From Trypethelium eluteriae (Eukaryota), in contig JAVECL010000046.1 of NCBI GenBank assembly GCA_051942245.1, positions 1 to 64,000 on the forward strand: 64,000 bases of DNA. The letters are read 5' to 3'. Below the pieces are notes generated by a model. It was not told the DNA's origin and searched no databases. It saw only the letters and a program-made list of their open reading frames with translations. The position numbers and the translations under genes were made by a program. Shown in pieces: positions 60,673 to 64,000 of the stretch. The first letter of the stretch is position 1. The number at the start of each line of letters is the position of its first letter.

Positions 60673-61642
60673 TCAGTTTTTTATCACACCACCTTTCTGT
60701 TTCTCTACACTGGTAGCCTCCATGAGTTCTCTCATCGCATCGTCACAAAACTCGATCGGTGTCCGGATGTAGTAATTCGTTAAGCATATCTCAACCGTGA
60801 CTCCATACGTCTTTTCCGCAGCAACTTTTTTATCGTTTGCATCGCACAGTCCTTCTCCATCAACCAAGAGAAGAACGACTTTGCAAACCATCTCCATAGG
60901 GGTGAATGAATGTTTAGGGAAATTATCCCAGCCACCTTCACCTACGAGGTTTGTCTCTACCACACCTGGGCAAATAGCATTGACGCGGATTCCATCAAGG
61001 TGGAAATGGGTTGCAATCGAACGCACAAATCCAACTACACCATCTGTCATGTCATCAGAACGGGAATTCATGGCGAGGACGCACTCAACTCACGCTTCGC
61101 AGCTGTGTACATTGGGGAGAAATCGGCAGGGTAAAAAGATCCACAGCTCGCCGTCATGATCAAATTGGCCCCTTCGCCCTTGTGAGGAGATTTGCGAAAA
61201 TAGTGCAGTGCAAGATAGCTGGTCAGAATGACGCCCTTCAGATCCACATCGATGCTGAGGAGATCTGGATCCGGTGGGGGCTCATCAATCTCGGGATGCT
61301 GTGCATAGAAATCCGCCTGTTCAATCACACCAGCATTTGCAAAGACAAAGTCTAGACATCTTCCGGACGAATTGAAGATCGTCTGAAATGCTGATGCTAA
61401 TGCACCGTAATTGTAGACGTTTGCCGCGTGAAAAGTCGAGTTGGATAGAGTCGTTGCGACTTTCTCTCCGATTTTCGCGTTAATGTCAATGATATGGAGG
61501 ATCCATCCTCCACGGTCTGCAAGAGCTCTCGCAACTGCAAGACCCATCCCACTGGCTTAGACGATTTAGCAGCTTGCGCAGAACGATTGAACGACTTTTC
61601 TTTCCGCTTACCACCTCCCGTAATCACAGCCACTTTACTCAT
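60673..61642 (-). CDS. Short-chain dehydrogenase/reductase (15-hydroxyprostaglandin dehydrogenase-like, ~287 aa)
   Basis: Exons 61642-61612, 61555-61094 and 61043-60673. TGGASGMG, ANAGV, TAS, YTAAK, IRVNAICPG. Confidence 0.92.
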
Positions 61643-63730
61643 TTTTTACGACAAAGTGTTACTTGTTACCTTTTGCCTCGACACGAAAGTCACGACTCGC
61701 TGAAAGAAGGTCCAGCCTTAGTGCGATCGATATTGATACCTTTCCAGACCTATACGTAAGGAGTCGGCGTTCCTCCACTGGTCTTCTCAAGTTCAGAGCC
61801 AATGATATGGGCGACGACCCACTCTCCTATCTTGCGTACGAATAAGGTGATCTTTCTTCGGACACGGCCTTATCAACTGACAACGGCATCTCCTCCGTTG
61901 GTAAGCTACTTCTGTACTTGGCACCACCGAAGGACGGAGATGGGCTGTCACAACTGAGACGACGGCCTCCCCCCTCAGCCAAAATTTGCACATCATTAGC
62001 GGTGGGTACCTTGATTGATCGACGCATGCGGAGCGCATTAGTTAGGCCCCCCAGGGTCTGTGAGGTCGTTGCCTGTCTTAGAAGCGAAGTGTCAGCGTTG
62101 CCATGTTAGGAGTTTGTCATTTGGGCCTTCCGGTAAGCACCTTCGGCATTGGCGAGAGTATCGTCCTTTGGCATTCGAGGAGAAGAAACGGTAATATACT
62201 TCTCTCTAAGGAGGAGGTACAGCGTTGTTGTGCCGCAGGCATTAGAAGCTCAGACAAACACGCGAAGAGGGGTTCATACCGCCACCTACTCTAACGGCGC
62301 CGAGGGTTTCCGATCCCTTCTCAAATCCAAGAACTTGTACGGAGTAATTAGCATGAACTGTCAGCCCACAACATTCCCAGTCGACTTTGGCTCATGACTT
62401 CCATGACTGCCACTACAGACCTAAGGATTTTTCCCACAACTCACGAGAAGTACTAGCCACCATCTGATTGAACAAGACAACATCAACTCTTGAGCGTTTT
62501 ACATGTACCCACCTAAGGCATTGAACACTTCTGGAATACCAAACAACCCCTCCACAGCTTCTGACGATAAATTATGCATTCCAGCACGCCGTTCGACATC
62601 GTCTCTACGTCCGACTAGAAGATGTCTGAATTCGACATGGACCACCACACCCCAAAACCTCTCATCTCAGCCAATTTAATATTTTACCATTTGCTCATTT
62701 TGCCATTCGCTCTGCGAACTTCGAGCAGCCTTTTACAGTAGCTATTGTGACACCAAGGATAAGTAATATGAGAAGCGTTGGAGGTGCAGAAGCGTGAGGA
62801 CATTGTTATTATATGTTGTTGGTCTGTGTGTCAAATTCGGACATCTCCTAGTCGGACGTAGAGGTATCGTTCCTCTCTCACAAGTACTCCGTACTCACAT
62901 CACTTTCACCGAGCCTTCGACTCTGGTCGCGGTCAGCATGCAATGCCTTTGTGCACCTCCATCAACATTGATGCCTCATCCAGTGTCACGAGCATGGGAT
63001 GCGTAGTTTTTCGCCAATGCATCCAAACAATACGCTACATACCTACGTACTCCATGATCCCATCTGCTGTTCCTGACTATACTCTCCCATTCGCGTCTCA
63101 TTGCCCCGTTGCCCCATTGCCCCACATTCCACTCCCACAACGACACTTTTGAACATCTGACGGATGGTAAATCAAGGCCAATTCCCTCCGTTGGCGGCAT
63201 CAGCGTTGATCCACACTGCTTAATTTACGGTGCGACTTGCGCGCGTTTCGTCATCCGATCGTTCTTCCACTATCAGCCTAGCTCGCACCTGATGGGTTTG
63301 ATGTGCGTACCGACTGGTAGAGCGACCTGTGATTTTGTAGGTCGAGAAAGGAGGAGGTGCCGCGATGCTCACGTCGACGGCGCTGTTGCAGATGAGTAGT
63401 AGGAGTGGGAGTCTGAATGAGGCAGCAGTGCAGGATAAGCGTAAGAGTATGCGTAGTCTGTAGATTGCGGCGGGAGCGACTGTGTCGGGGACGTGATCGG
63501 CTGGAAATGGATGGATTGAGGCGTGTTCTTAAGGCTGGAGAGAAACGAAGGAGATTAATTCCTCTGCATTGGGCCTCTTCATGATGAGGTTTTCGGTAGC
63601 TCGTGATTGCTGCTCTGCTGAAATGAATGAATGTAAGAAGTGCCCTGAATCTCAATACCACCACTTCCTCCTTTCGTACACAGTTCAACCTTACTAAAAT
63701 GACCTTCTTCCTATTGACAGTCTCGGGAGC

Positions 63731-64000
63731 TCATGAGCTCTGCTCTGTTGGAATGAATGGGTTTAGAAGACCCCTCAAATGCAACGCCATCTTGCGTCCT
63801 CCTTCAATACTTGGCTCTACCCTCGCAATGTAATCTTCTGCCCTCCTGCCATTCATTACATCATATAGGGCACAAGGCACAACTTTCGTGCCAGGGATAT
63901 CGATCCGTGCTGTTGCAAGCTGATATAACCTGATGATAGCAGTCTGCAATTGTGTGGGCGATCCTTCGTATCCCAGCAACTTCAACGGCAGATCCGCCCA
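63731..64000 (-). CDS. 3' end of a gene leaving the window; SGNH-hydrolase-like protein
   Basis: Frame is open from 64000 (WADLPLKLLGY...) to the stop at 63731. DYIARVEPSIEGGRKMA resembles SGNH block V (D..HP...G...A) with Glu in place of His. Confidence 0.6.
   Translation of the reverse strand, partial: WADLPLKLLGYEGSPTQLQTAIIRLYQLATARIDIPGTKVVPCALYDVMNGRRAEDYIARVEPSIEGGRKMALHLRGLLNPFIPTEQSS

Overview
This window is intron-containing genomic DNA from a filamentous ascomycete (short GT-AG introns with CTRAY branch points). It holds about 24 protein-coding genes, two of them truncated at the window edges. No tRNA, rRNA, CRISPR array or intact transposon was seen. A core housekeeping block (GTPBP1-like GTPase, TOM22, CAF16, MOD5) is interleaved with accessory genes. 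These include two orphan ORFs with internal tandem duplications, one carrying a reversed PCxxC...CAE deaminase-like motif. They also include a head-to-head pair made of a degenerate NACHT-like gene and a ubiquitin-like-domain AAA+ ATPase gene, which has a 1-nt frameshift just before its arginine finger. Downstream are a run of secreted CAZymes (GH47 with a non-canonical active site, GH35, GH128, GH31, later GT8 and GH92), a MetE/UROD-like gene, an F-box gene, a small secreted Cys-rich protein, and an MFS/Pth11-like/SDR/SDR group. A long, structured GTPBP1 intron may host an H/ACA-type ncRNA. Exon boundaries were derived by hand and frame-checked, except for most MFS introns. Family calls rest on remembered motifs, not database searches.
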